Assembly: GCF_009914755.1 (NCBI RefSeq)
Contig: NC_060947.1
DNA: 64,000 bases
Strand: one strand, 5' to 3'
Source: the human T2T-CHM13v2.0 reference genome, Homo sapiens
The notes under the pieces are model-generated. The model ran no database searches, was not told the origin of the DNA, and saw only the letters and a list, made by a program, of their open reading frames with translations. The position numbers were made by a program, and so were the translations under genes. Positions 13,930-29,960 of the stretch are shown here, one piece after another. The first letter of the stretch is position 1. Each line of letters begins with the position of its first letter.

Positions 13930-14080
13930 TAATTGTTAAACATATTTATGTTTTGTCTCCTCCTGCAGACTGCAGTCTCCTCAAAGGCAGGGACTGTGAT
14001 GGTGATACTTCTGCATTTACTTCAAGGCCTAGTATAAAAAGGGGCACACGGCTAGGGCTTACTTAAATAAACGTTTGGTT
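13930..14080 (+). mobile_element. L2 3' end fragment
   Basis: TATTTATGTTTTGTCTCC..AGACTG..CTCCTCAAAGGCAGGGACTGTG. Confidence 0.55.
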
Positions 14081-14699
14081 TAGAAACATCTAGAACTGAA
14101 GACTAGCAGTGAGTCAGGTAGACAGCTTAACCTAAGATTCTTACATTATTAAGACTTTTTTGGAACACTTACTAATTGCAAAGTATGCATCATCAGAGTG
14201 TGATGGAAACCCTTGGCAAAAGATGCCCAAATCCTCTTTTCTTGCAAACCCAAGACACACAACCTATTGCTCACTATGCTGTTTTTCACACACAAAGCTC
14301 CACCTGGGCACATCATGGTGGTCTCTTATCAGTGTGGCCCCTGTGAGCTGTGTCTCCAGCAGTGGGGATGGGTTTGGCTGAGCCATCCACAATCCTATAC
14401 TTGGGTCACAATATTTGTGAATATTACAGGTGAAGCTAGAAGCATAGCTTGGAGAGAAATGCCCACCTTCCACAGAAACCACGCAAAGTTCTCTTGAAGA
14501 ATCGCCTGGTTTCTAAGGGCCTTCCTATAGCAAGAAGGAAATGAACACATTTTGTAAGAGAGTTTTTGTATATGACTGGCATGATAGTGTGACAAGTCCT
14601 GATAAGACCTCCTCAAGCATCATGAGGATCTGTGTGTACAGAACATGGCTCCCAAGCACATGAAGTAAGTGGGATAGGCAACGATCTGTGTACTGCGAA

Positions 14700-14821
14700 C
14701 ATGCCTCGAGGACTTTTGTACATCCTCTACCTGGTCTGGTCTCTTCCTCCCACCCCTCATTACTAGGTCCTTCTCAGTTTTCAGGCCTCAGCCTAAATGT
14801 CACCATCTCCAAGAGATCTAT
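14700..14821 (+). mobile_element. L2 fragment (left part; continues at 21393-21600 after the L1)
   Basis: TCAGGCCTCAGCCTAAATGTCACC motif. The right flank of the L1 continues with L2 3'-end-like sequence. Confidence 0.55.
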
Positions 14822-15168
14822 AAGAAAAGCTCCCTTAGTGCCAGACAGTGGGCGCAAGTCAGTGGGTGCAGCGCACCCTGCGCAAGCCGAAGCAGGACGA
14901 GGCATCCCCTCACCCGGGAAGTGCAAGGGATCAGGAAGTTCCCTTTCCTAGTCAAAGAAAGGGGTGACAGACGGCACCTGGAAAATCGGGTCACTCCCAC
15001 CCGAATACTGCGCTTTTCCGACAGGCTTAAAAAACGGCGCACCAGGAGATTATATCCTGCACCTGGCTTGGAGGGTCCTACACCCACGGAGTCTCGCTGA
15101 TTGCTAGCACAGCAGTCTGAGATCAAACTGCAAGGCGGCAGTGAGGCTGGGGGAGGGGCGCCTGCCAT
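14818..15168 (-). CDS. L1 ORF0, open and extended to 116 aa through the L1 5' junction
   Basis: MAGAPPPASLPPCSLISDCCASNQRDSVGVGPS.. is the primate L1 antisense ORF0 N-terminus. The stop lies in the flank. Translation is not demonstrated. Confidence 0.65.
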   Translation of the reverse strand: MAGAPPPASLPPCSLISDCCASNQRDSVGVGPSKPGAGYNLLVRRFLSLSEKRSIRVGVTRFSRCRLSPLSLTRKGNFLIPCTSRVRGCLVLLRLAQGALHPLTCAHCLALRELFL

Positions 15169-15744
15169 TGCCCAGGCTTGCTTAGGTAAACAAAGCAGCT
15201 GGGAAGCTCCAACTGGGTGGAGCAAACCACAGCTCAAGGAGGCCTGCCTGCCCCTGTAGGATCCACCTCTGGGGGCAGGGCACAGACAAACAAAAAGACA
15301 GCAGTAACCTCTGCAGACTTAAATGTCCCTGTCTGACAGCTTTGAAGAGAGCAGTGGTTCTCCCAGCATGCAGCTGGAGATCTGAGAACAGGCAGACTGC
15401 CTCCTCAAGTGGGTCCCTGACCCCTGAGCAGCCTAACTGGGAGGCACCCCCCAGTAGGGGCAGACTGACACGTCACACGGCCGGGTACTCCTCTGAGACA
15501 AAACTTCCAGAGGAATGAGCAGACAGCAGCATTCACGGTTCACGAAAAACCACGGTTCTGCAGACACCGCTGCTGATACCCAGGCAAACAGGGTCTGGAG
15601 TGGACCTCTAGCAAACTCCAACAGACCTGCAGCTGAGGGTCCTGTCTGTTAGAAGGAAAACTAACAAACAGAAAGGACATCCACACCAAAAACCCATCTG
15701 TACATCACCATGATGAAAGACCAAAAGTAGATAAAACCACAAAG

Positions 15745-16781
15745 ATGGGGAAAAAACAGAGCAGAAAAACTGGAAACTCTAAACAGCAGAGTGCCTCTCC
15801 TCCTCCAAAGGAATGCAGGTCCTCACCAGCAATGGAACAAAGCTGGACGGAGAATGACTTTGACGAGTTGAGAGAAGAAGGCTTCAGACGATCAAACTAC
15901 AAGCTATAGGAGGAAATTCAAACCAAAGGCAAAGAAGTGAAAAACTTTGAAAAAAATTTAGACGAATGTATAACTAGAATAACCAATACAGAGAAGTGCT
16001 TAAAGGAGCTGATGGAGCTGAAAGCCAAGGCTCGAGAACTACGTGAAGAATGCACAAGCCTCAGGAGCCGACGCGATCAACTGCAAGAAAGGGTATCAGC
16101 GATGGAAGATGAAATGATGAAATGAAGAGAGAAGGGAAGTTTAGAGGAAAAAGAATAAAAAGAAACGAACAAAGCCTCCAAGAAATATGGGACTATGTGA
16201 AAAAACCAAATCTACGTCTGATTGGTGTACCTGAAAGGGATGGGGAGAATGGAACCAAGGTGGAAAACACTCTGCAGGATATTATCCAGGAGAACCTGCA
16301 GGATATTATCCAGGAGAACTTACCCAATCTAGCAAGGCAGGCCAACATTCAGATTCAGGAAATACAGAGAACGCCACAAAGATACTCCTCGAGAAGAGCA
16401 ACTCCAAGACACATAATTGTCAGATTCACCAAAGTGGAAATGAAGGAAAAAATGTTAAGGGCAGCCAGAGAGAAAGGTCGGGTTACCCTCAAAGGGAAGC
16501 CCATCAGACTAACAGCAGATCTCTCGGCAGAAACTCTACAAGCCAGAAGAGAGTGGGGGCCAATATTCAACATTCTTAAAGAAAAGAATTTTCAACCCAG
16601 AATTTCATATCCAGCCAAACTAAGCTTCATAAGTGAAGGAGAAATAAAATACTTTACAGACAAGCAAATGCTGAGAGATTTTGTCACCACCAGGCCTGCC
16701 CTAAAAGAGCTCCTGAAGGAAGCACTAAACATGGAAAGGAACAACCAGTACCAGCCACTGCAAAATCATGCCAAAATGTAA
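15745..16781 (+). pseudogene. L1 ORF1p (RNA-binding protein), disrupted
   Basis: ATGGGGAAAAAACAGAGC start and ..QPLQNHAKM end. Frameshifts near 15900 and 16120, and an in-frame 24-bp duplication at 16272-16319. Confidence 0.93.
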
Positions 16782-16844
16782 AGACCATTGAGACTAGGAA
16801 GAAACTGCATCAACTAACGAGCAAAATAAGCAGCTAATATCATA

Positions 16845-20672
<3,828 letters not shown>

Positions 20673-20895
20673 ACAATGAGATCACATGGACACAGGACGG
20701 GGAATATCACACTCTGGGGACTGTTGTGGGGTGGGGGGAGGGGGGAGGGATAGCATCGGGAGATATACCTAATGCTAGATGACGAGTTTGTGGGTGTAGC
20801 GCACCAGCATGGCGCATGTATACATATTTAACTAACCTGCACAATGTGCACATGTACCCTAAAACTTAAAGTATAATAAAAAAAATTTAAAAAAA

Positions 20896-20974
20896 GAAGT
20901 TTTAAATCCTGCTGCTCTGATAACATCCAAGTGTTTATTAATTTTTGTTTAATATACTACTATGGACATACCTC
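20896..20974 (+). other. Putative L1 3'-transduced unique sequence
   Basis: 79 bp of non-L1 sequence between two poly(A) tracts. The variant poly(A) signal AATATA at 20951 lies 18 nt before the second tract. Confidence 0.8.
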
Positions 20975-21639
20975 AAAAAAAAAAAAAAGAAAATGTGGCA
21001 CATATACACCATGGAATACTATGCAGCCATAAAAAATGATGAGTTCATGTCCTTTGTAGGGACATGGATGAAGTTGGAAATCATCATTCTCAGTAAACTA
21101 TCGCAAGAACAAAAAACCAAACACCACATATTCTCACTCATAGGTGGGAATTGAACAATGAGAACACACGGACACAGGAAGGGGAACATCACACTCTGGG
21201 GACTGCTGTGGGGTGGGGGGAGTGGGGAGGGATAGCATTGGGACATATACCTAATGCTAGTTGACGAGTTAGTGGGTGCAGCACACCAGCATGTCACATG
21301 TATACATATGTAACTAACCTGCACATTGTGCACATGTACCCTAAAACTTAAAGTATAATAACAATAATAATAAAAAAAGAAAAGCTCCCTTACCAACATT
21401 CCTCATTTCCACTTGCTTTCACAGCATTTCCCATAATTTGTAATTTTAAAGATATATTTATTAACTCATTTTGTCTGTATCACCATACTTAGAGTTCAAT
21501 AAACTCCAGTGAAGACAAGGCCATCCATGCCTGTTTCACTCACCTACTATATCCCGCACAGGACTTGGCACAGCTAGTACTCCAAAAATTCTTGGAATAA
21601 AGTATTATAAGACCATGTGACAGAGCAGAAAACACAGAG

Positions 21640-21830
21640 AATTTCAAGTCAGCTGAGCTGGGCTCCAGTTGTAGTGTGGTCATTTCCTAGCTGTGTGATG
21701 TCAGACAAATCACTTAACCTCTCTGAGCCTCATTTTTCTCATTCTTATCTGAATTAATATCACCCACCTCACAGTGCTTCTTAGGGGGGGGAAATAAAAT
21801 AATTAATGAAAAAGTATTTGGTAGAGTCCT
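21640..21830 (+). mobile_element. MIR
   Basis: CTAGCTGTGTGA..CACTTAACCTCTCTGAGCCTCA core. Confidence 0.7.
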
Positions 21831-22025
21831 GAACAGACATGAATTATTTTGGTATTATGAAAGATGCCTGAAATAGTACCCGTGCTTTGTCTCTAGGATG
21901 CCCTAGAAGCACCTGAAAACTGTACCATCAGTCACACCTTTGGATCAATGCTATGGAAGACACATACTACATTGAAAACTATTGTGTACCTTTAATATGG
22001 GCATTTGACCTTATCATCCACCTGT

Positions 22026-22414
22026 TGTATTAGTCCAGTCTCACACTGCTATAAAGAAATATCCAAGACTGGGTAATTTATAAAGGAAAGAGGTTTAATT
22101 GACTCACAGTTCTGCATGGCTGGGGAGAGCTCGGGAAACTTACAATCATGGCAGAAGGCAAAGCAGAAGCAGGCACCTTCTTCACAAAGTGGCAGGAGAG
22201 AGACGTGAGAGTGCAGGAAAAAGCTACCACTTTTAAAACCATGAGATCTCGTGAGAATTCACTCACTGTCACAAGAACAGCATGGGGGAAACCACCCCCA
22301 TAATCCAATCATTTCCCTCCCTTGACTTGTGGGGATTACAGGTCCCTCCCTCAACACGTGGGGATTATAATTCAAGATGAGATTCGGGTGGGGGCACAGA
22401 GCCAAACCATATCA
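22026..22414 (-). mobile_element. MaLR solo LTR (MSTA/THE1-like)
   Basis: TGTATTAGTC..ACTGGGTAATTTATAAAGGAAAGAGGTTTAATTGACTCACAG..AAACCATATCA. Near-TSD CCTGT/GCTGT. Confidence 0.9.
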
Positions 22415-23101
22415 GCTGTCTTAGCATTGACTTAGCTGACAGCAGGGCCCGGGCTAGGCAATTTGAGGAAAGGGGTGATGGGAAGACAATCTTGAGATGC
22501 CTTAAGCTTGCAAGACTTCTAGAGAGTAAATTCAGGCCAGAAGAGGGGCAACTACATGGTGTGGGTGGGGGGGCGCCCTGGTGAGGCCTAGGGGAAGTCA
22601 AGTTGTTAGGCAGAGGGAAGACATAGAAAGGGAGGTGGAGGGGTCAGCTACAAACTTTCTCTACTTGGCCTGTGTGTATATCAGAGACACTTAACTTTAC
22701 AAAAACCATGTATGTGCATTGGAGAGAGGGGAGGAATGCCAAAGAGCAGGAAACGGACACCAAGGGAGCTGTACTTAATCATAATAACCATTAGTATTGA
22801 CTTTGGTGCCATCTTAAAGGAGCCATTTGTTATAAGAACCAACAGTCAAAACCCCAAGCCAGCCAGGCTTTGTCTTATGAGCTCTAAAAATAATGGTATT
22901 TTGCTGTTCATCTGTTTTAATTTTCCAAATTCAAATGCAATTTGAAATCCATTCAAAAATTGATTTCTTTCTTCTAAACAAAGAGACATTAAAAGGAGAA
23001 AGGAAGGAAGGAAGAAAAAAGGACAGACAGGCTAGGCTTTTTAGTGACTCACATCATAATACCCCAAAAGCCGGAGCCCAAAGCAGTAATTATTTCCCTA
23101 C

Positions 23102-23241
23102 CTAAGAAGTATGAAAGGAAAATGGGTGATAATTATGAACACACGAACAATATATAAAACCTCTCTAGAGCCGGGGCCAGCAAATCACTTACCTGCAGTT
23201 TCAACAACAACATATAAAAGCAGAAAGAAACACAGTTAAGG
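23102..23241 (-). promoter_or_regulatory. Candidate recursive splice site with 91-nt RS-exon
   Basis: - strand reads CTTAAC, a U-rich AG-free tract, then CTGCAG|GTAAGT at 23193/23192. A downstream TAG|GTAGGG occurs at 23102/23101. Confidence 0.45.
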
Positions 23242-24594
23242 TCAATTGGCTCCTGGTTTTTAAAGTACCACCTCATTTTAATCAGCTCCCCATGCTATTC
23301 TGTGTCTTCAGCTGGAAAACTGGCTAAGAGAGATTAGAGTTGTTTGCTCTTTTTTAAGCAGCTTCAAAACAAAGTGGAAACAGTTGAGTGATCTTGCAGT
23401 TAAGACAGCTTGGAAAAGGTCAGCAGATGATTTCCCAGCCAGGCCTTTTGAGGGTGTCTGCATTTAGGTAGAGTCACCACAATCCAAGTTCTGGCATTCT
23501 ACCTTACAAGATCTTGCTTCTGTCAATTTTCCCAGCCTCCGGGCACTGATATAATAGCAAAACTCACAATAAACAGACATAACCTGGACCTCCAAGATAT
23601 TCATACATGATGGTGGGATGAATCTATCCAACAACCAGAATACTTGGGCCCACTATTTAGTTCTTCAGGAAAGAAACTGAACACATAAAGCAACTCTATA
23701 GAAGTGAAAATGAAGATGAACTGCATCCATATAAACCTAGGTTCAAGGATTCATGTAACTTAATTCTTTGGACCTTGGTTTTCTTACCTGTATAAAAGAG
23801 AATATTGATCACTTAGCATTGTTTTGTATATTTGAAATCACTTTCATGAGCTGGAGAGTATAGTACAAATGGAAGTGGTTGTTTTTGGCAATAAGAAGGC
23901 AGTTTTGTGCACATAAAATCTGAGAAGAGGGAACTGGAGAGTTCTATGGGGAATTTTATCCCACTCCACTAGATCCTCAAAAATTCCATACTGCACTATA
24001 GAGATCACCTTTCTAAGGACTCAGAGTCACCACACATAGTGTTTGTCCTTTGGACCCAGCTGAAGATGTTGAGAAATCTCTGATTTGTATCTAGCTTGCC
24101 TTTTTCAAAATTTCTTATTAGACACCAACAGCTTCCATCATCCTGATATCTCATGAAGCATATGTGGAAATCAGTGATATTTCATATATCTCCCATGAAT
24201 TACCTCTGAGATGGAGGCCTTCCTGGGGACTTTTCCCAACCTTGGCAGCTTACACCTTCATGCATCTGTCTGAGGGGTGCTGCTGCAAGAATTACACTTA
24301 CCTACACTGGGAAGATTCATGTGGCCTTTCATTTAAGGGGGATCCGTTTTCTTACCAGATCCACAAATTCTGTATATGTCCCTCTGTTGAGAGCAACAAG
24401 GAATTCTCCCTTAGAGCCAGGAGAGGGAGAGGTGAAATTGGGGAGTGGCAGTGATCACACAGAAAGGATGGTTCTAGGTCACTGGGGAGCTAATCACTTC
24501 TCTGGGCCAGTGAAACCCGGGCAGGGTTTGCTACAGGAAGAAGCAGAATGCCAGGAAACAAGAAGGCTCGGAGGCAAATTTCAGAAACCAGAGT

Positions 24595-25030
24595 GATAAT
24601 CCCAACAGGAACTTCCCACTTTCCTTGGAATCAAATTTAAGCTTCCTATCATGGTCCATGAGACCCTGAGTGATCTGAACTCTGCTTGCTTCTCCATCTT
24701 CAAATCATGTACTCACGCCTGCTCCATTCACAATGGCTTTCTTTCTGTTCCATAGACCTGTCCACTCATTCCAGGCTTAGAGCCTTTGTACCTTACTTCC
24801 GTCTGGGGTTCTCTTCTCCCATATGCTTGCCTGAATGAGTCTTTCCCATCACTCAGGTTTCAGCTCAAATGTCACCTCCTCAGAGAGACCTTCTTTGATG
24901 ACCTTTCTACTAATGTTGCCCATTCCATCAGCCACTCTCTGTCCCATTGCCATGTTTTATTTTCTTAATGTCACTTACCTGACATTATAGTACTTTTTTT
25001 TTGTTTATTATCTGATCTCCTTCAATGAGA
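24595..25030 (+). mobile_element. L2 fragment
   Basis: TCAGCTCAAATGTCACCTCCTCAGAGAGACCTTC. Confidence 0.7.
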
Positions 25031-25664
25031 GATAGAACAAGAAACCACAATAGGTGAGATTAAGGAACTGTAAGTCAAAACTTTTAATAGACTGTCGGGA
25101 TAGACAAATGCTGAAAGCCAGGGAAGAAATGTCTTGTCTTGTGCATGTGTATAAGCAGACTGGATCGATTTAAATAGACTGGGGTCAACAGGATGTAACC
25201 TGCATCAAATACCTACTATATACCAGCCACTTTTCATATATTATCATCACAGGTTTGCAAAAGATTGAACACCATGTTGATGGCTCCAAGGAATACTCAT
25301 TCCCTGCTTCCTTATGTCCATGGAGGAGAGGGACAACGGCTCCAATGCCTAGGAGGGAACTGAGCTAGAATTCTACATTTGCTGCTCTCCACGACAGGAT
25401 GGGCAAACTTAACCAGAAGGTAGTGTCATTTCATTGAAAGAATAAATGCGGGTCTGTCTCTTTTCTTTCTAGCATTTTTCAGCTCCTGATCTCCATTTTG
25501 TAAGACCATCTGAGTGAGGACTCTCAATTGCAAAAGAGGTCTTCCATTCTCCAGCTTCTAAGACTACAGCTAATTTTAATTTGGGGTAGTCAGAAGTCTC
25601 ATGCCTAAACCTTAACCTTGGGTCGATCTTTAACAGAGAATCTTGTCTTTTAGATATAAGCAGA

Positions 25665-25880
25665 GAGATGGTAGAATGTGTGGACTTAGACCACTAGGGT
25701 TTTCATCCTGGCTTTGCCACCTACTGTGTGACTGTGGATAAGCTGTTCAAGATTTCTGTCCCTAAATTTCTTCCTCTCTATATTGAAAATATTAATCATA
25801 TTTACCTCATAGGTATAAAGATTAGGTAATATGATACAAATAAATATCTAGAAAACCATTAATAAATTTTAGTTATTGTT
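25665..25880 (+). mobile_element. MIR
   Basis: ATCCTGGCTTTGCCAC..TGTGTGAC..TACCTCATAGG. Confidence 0.6.
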
Positions 25881-27097
25881 ACTAATACAAATACTAAAGA
25901 GGAGACATTGATCTACATCTAATTCCTTGTGTTTGTTCTCAATTGGTTAGAGCCAAGCAGGGTAGACAGGTAGACAGACTAGCCTCAAAAATCTTCAACA
26001 TGGCCCAGAAAACTTAGTAAATAAACACAAAGAGTGTTATTTGTGGACCAAAGCATTATGTTAAGAGACCAAATTTCGTGGTGAGCCTCACTAGCACTGG
26101 GGTTTGGAGCTTTAAATATGGCTTCGTCTGGTCTCTCAGGTTTCGGTATGGGTCCATGATATGCAAGTAAAGACTTTTATTTGGGGTGTCTGGGGCCTTA
26201 CCGGGATTTAGCCTTGGACAGAGATAAAAGTGAGCTCCAGAGTCAGAAGAAGCACTCTGGGGTCTTTAGACTACAAAAGAAGTAGAATTTTTATGAGTTC
26301 AAGAATCCCATGGGAAGAGGGCAAAGTCCTTACTAGAGTTAGGTATGGCTTACCTGGAAACCAGAAGACCACTGAAGCTAGTATAAGCATTAGCTGATCT
26401 CTAGTATGTGAGATTAGGCAACAGATTCTTCTTGTTTACTTGTTTAGGAGGAATTCCCCTTGTTATAATTCTCAGCTAGGAATATAGCCTAAGGCTTTAA
26501 ACCACAATAGCAGCTAGATTTCTTATGAGTTAAAGAGAAATAATGTAAAATTTGGGGGCTTTAAATTGTTAGTGTTGGGTGGCTTTATATCAGCTGCCAA
26601 ATTCTATCCCCCTTGATCTTGACTGAAACAGCATGTAGTACCAGGGAAGCCTCAGAGGGACAAATTTTGGATCTGTTTGGAAGGTCCACAGAATCCTGGG
26701 AGTCTCTTTTTCCACCTTCCATTCAAATTACCTATTCAGGAGGATGAGGGCTTCTTGTTTTATAATTAACAAAGATAAATGGTCTTTTTTTGATATGTTC
26801 TCCAAGAGCCCTACTATCATAGGTAGTGAGTGGTGGCCAGTTACTCTAGCACTGCTTCTTCCTTGTTCTTCTACCTCTCCCATCTCTCTTCCCAGCCTTT
26901 GCCATCCACTTACTCTACTGATCCCAAACTGTGAATATTCCTCAAGTATTTGGTTTTGTTTACTTTGCTATTTTCTGCCTTGTGCTCAGTAAGCTTAGCC
27001 ACTCCCAAAGGTTTAGCTCTCTCCATCATGCAGATGACTCTCCTATTGGGTCCTACCTGCACTGTGTTTCGGATCTGCATTCACACCTTCTACATGC

Positions 27098-27308
27098 AAT
27101 AATATGCTGTTAAGTGTTTAATAATTGGCTCATGGCAGTGGGTGCAAGGCAGACTCTGATTTCTAGCTTTTGCCAATTTCCATGCTATCAATATTCCAAC
27201 CGTGGCCAATTTCAAGCTACTAATATGAGGACACCGAACACAGAGTTGAAAAGACATGTGCACAATTGGCTCTCCTGAGCCAGAACAACCCAGATCCCCA
27301 CATCACTG
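27098..27308 (-). mobile_element. MER63A-like hAT-Blackjack element
   Basis: GGCCAATTTCAAGCTAC..ATGTGCACAATTGGCTCTC..ACATCACTG, the reverse complement of the MER63A motifs. Confidence 0.75.
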
Positions 27309-27593
27309 TGGCTATAGGTAACCTCCACTTGGATGTCCTGCTGTCTCCTCAAACTCCACACCTTCCAAGATTAGCATCTCTCCGCCAACCTTCTCTTCCA
27401 AATTACTTTATCTCTGTCAGTGGTATCTGTTAGAAGGAAATTGCATTCCCCAGGCCTCCTGTTTTCCTGATTGAGCCACCACTAGCATAACACGCCTGGC
27501 TTTTCTGGGGCCCCTCATTCCCTTTTCCTCAAGGTGTGACTTAACTTACTAGTGAGGCTGATGAAGAAACTATACAACTCCATTCCATCTGTT

Positions 27594-27821
27594 GAGAGGT
27601 CAGAAGACTTCAGCCTGTGAACCAAATCTAGCTCATCACCTGTTTTTGTAAATAAAGTTTTACTAGAACACAGCCACGCTTGTTCCATTACCAACTGTCT
27701 GTGGTTGCTTTCACACCACAGCATCGGGGGCAAGTAGTTGTGACAGAGATCAACCATTTAGCCTGCAAAACCTAAAATATTTACTATCTGGCTTTTTGCA
27801 CTAAAGGTTGGCTGATCCCTG
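27594..27821. mobile_element. MER58A-like hAT-Charlie element
   Basis: CCTGTTTTTGTAAATAAAGTTTTA..GAACACAGCCAC..CCTAAAATATTTACTATCTGG. Confidence 0.85.
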
Positions 27822-29714
27822 TTCTGCAGCTTTCTCTTTCACCTCTGCCTGCCCTGAAAGAGTGTTTTAGGTTGCTCTCAGCCATATGGGAATCTTACAG
27901 GATGACCTGTGCTCCTGGAGGGGGAGGCTACAGTTGTCCTGGTGTGCCAATTACTATATGGGGAAATCTGCATAATTCACAGGACACTAATAATCACATC
28001 TTGAACTTCATTTACTTACTGTCTCAATTCTCACTTGGTTCAGAACTCAGGAGAGGAACAAAGAGGTATTACTTATTTCTCCCTAAAACCTAACAATACT
28101 GCCTATTTTCTGATTTTCCAAGTTCAAAATCCTGATGTACTCTTATATTCTTCACCCTTTCATCCATGTTATCCTGGCATGTGTCCCTACAAAATATCCC
28201 TCAGATCTTGTTCTCATCCCAGCTTTCATCACCACACATAACTGGATTACCTCAGCCTCCTCCCACCCCTACTCCTACATCCTTAATTGATCTTTCTGCC
28301 TGTAGCCTTTCCTCACTCAACTAGCTCTGTAGTAGGCACTGGAGGTAGAGATGAGTAAGTGATTGTCCTACAAGGAATTTACATTCTTTGAGGGAAAAAG
28401 GCAAAGGCAAATAAACAGGCAATTGTAGCACAGTGTGAGAAATACTAGGTACGGTATTGCCAGATCAATCCTACTGTAATACCACTTTTATCATGCTGTT
28501 CCCCCGCATAAAAACTTATGCCACCTACTGCCTGCTAACTAAAGCCTATTTCTGTGCAAACAAGGGAAGAGAGATCACTTTTGGGTTTGGGGCTTTTCTG
28601 GGGGTTGGGGTAATTGCTGTTTCTTAGAACTTTAAATTCTTTTTGAGAACAGAGATACACACACTAATGGGAAGAACGTTTAAGTGTTGACTTTTACTGG
28701 GTGGGAGCCAACTTGGGGCAATGCATACATTGTTATCGCTGCAGAAGGTACTCTAATATGGCTATGTATAATAAAAATGAGAAATAAAAAGTACAGGGCA
28801 GCTTTCTGTCCCAGTTTGGTCACTTTAATCAAAGTAACTCTCTGTATAGAACAATTTCAGAAGCTTAAGAAAGGGGGCACACATGAAAGACAGTACCAAA
28901 AGATTCAAGGGCCAAAACTTCCATCCTACTGGGACCAGGTGGCAAGAATTGGAAAAGCAGCCTCACACAGATGCAGAGGTAAGATTTTTTGGAGTTTTCA
29001 CTGGGTTCTTCCATTAAAGGAAAGAACAAGGCTACTGAGTGACCACAGGCTGGATTACTAACCCTCTTGGGTAAACAGAGCAATAAATTGTGGTGCAGTA
29101 GTGACTTTGACCTATGACCTCAAAGGACAGCTCAAGGTTTTCTCTCCAGTCTCTTAAGTCTAGGACACAGAAACTCCTGTTAAGGCTGAAAGTTAAAATG
29201 GCCTCTAAGAACCCAATCTGTCTACCTTGTCAGAAAGTGCAACTCCTAGTGGCGGAGTGAGGTTCTAATCTTAATTATGCAGAGACTTGAAAATTACTGT
29301 TAGTCAGGCACATCTCCACATTACTCCCTCTTCATCTTCTCAGTTCCATCCCTTTCAGTGTTATTTCTCACTACTGGAAATGTCTTCTCCCTCCTTCATC
29401 TCTACCTATCCAATCCTAGCACAATTCCACCTCCCCAGATACCAGTGTACTTACAATCAATACTATGCAATTTAACATTTAATTGTTCTCTAATCCTTTC
29501 ATGATGCCTACATTAATCACTCCCAGGAATTAAGACATTAATGTTATTTTTAAGATGAAAATTATCTAGTTTATTGTAGGTGCTCCATAAACACTTGACA
29601 AGTTAAATTACAAAGTTGGTACTTTGGAAAAAGATTAGGAAATCGTGCAAATGTGCCTCAACAACTAGGCCATTACCAGTCATTACAAACAAAACACCAT
29701 TGTCTTACAATTTG

Positions 29715-29960
29715 GTGGTTTGTAGACCATGGATTTTACTGCCAGACAACCTGGATTCAAATCCCAGTTCCACTGCTTGCTAGCTGTGTGAGCTTAGAAG
29801 GTCACTTAACCACTCTGGGCCTTGGCTTATTCATCTGTATAATGGGTGTAAGAAGAACTATCAACCTCATAGGTTATTGAGAGGATTTAATACATATGTA
29901 TAAATTATTTAACAGAATGACTATAAGTGTTGGCTTACATTGTAAGTGTTGGCTGGTAAT
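29715..29960 (+). mobile_element. MIR
   Basis: CCTGGATTCAAATCCCAG..CTAGCTGTGTGA..CATCTGTA..ACCTCATAGG. Confidence 0.75.

Noticed and set aside
11012-13942. Possible TSD TAATTTTTTAAAC / TAATTGTTAAAC around the pseudogene
   Set aside because: Imperfect, AT-rich, and the left copy is explained by the Alu linker.
28684-29061. 125-aa ORF in unique DNA
   Set aside because: Non-ATG start, no recognisable domain or splice context, and a length compatible with chance.
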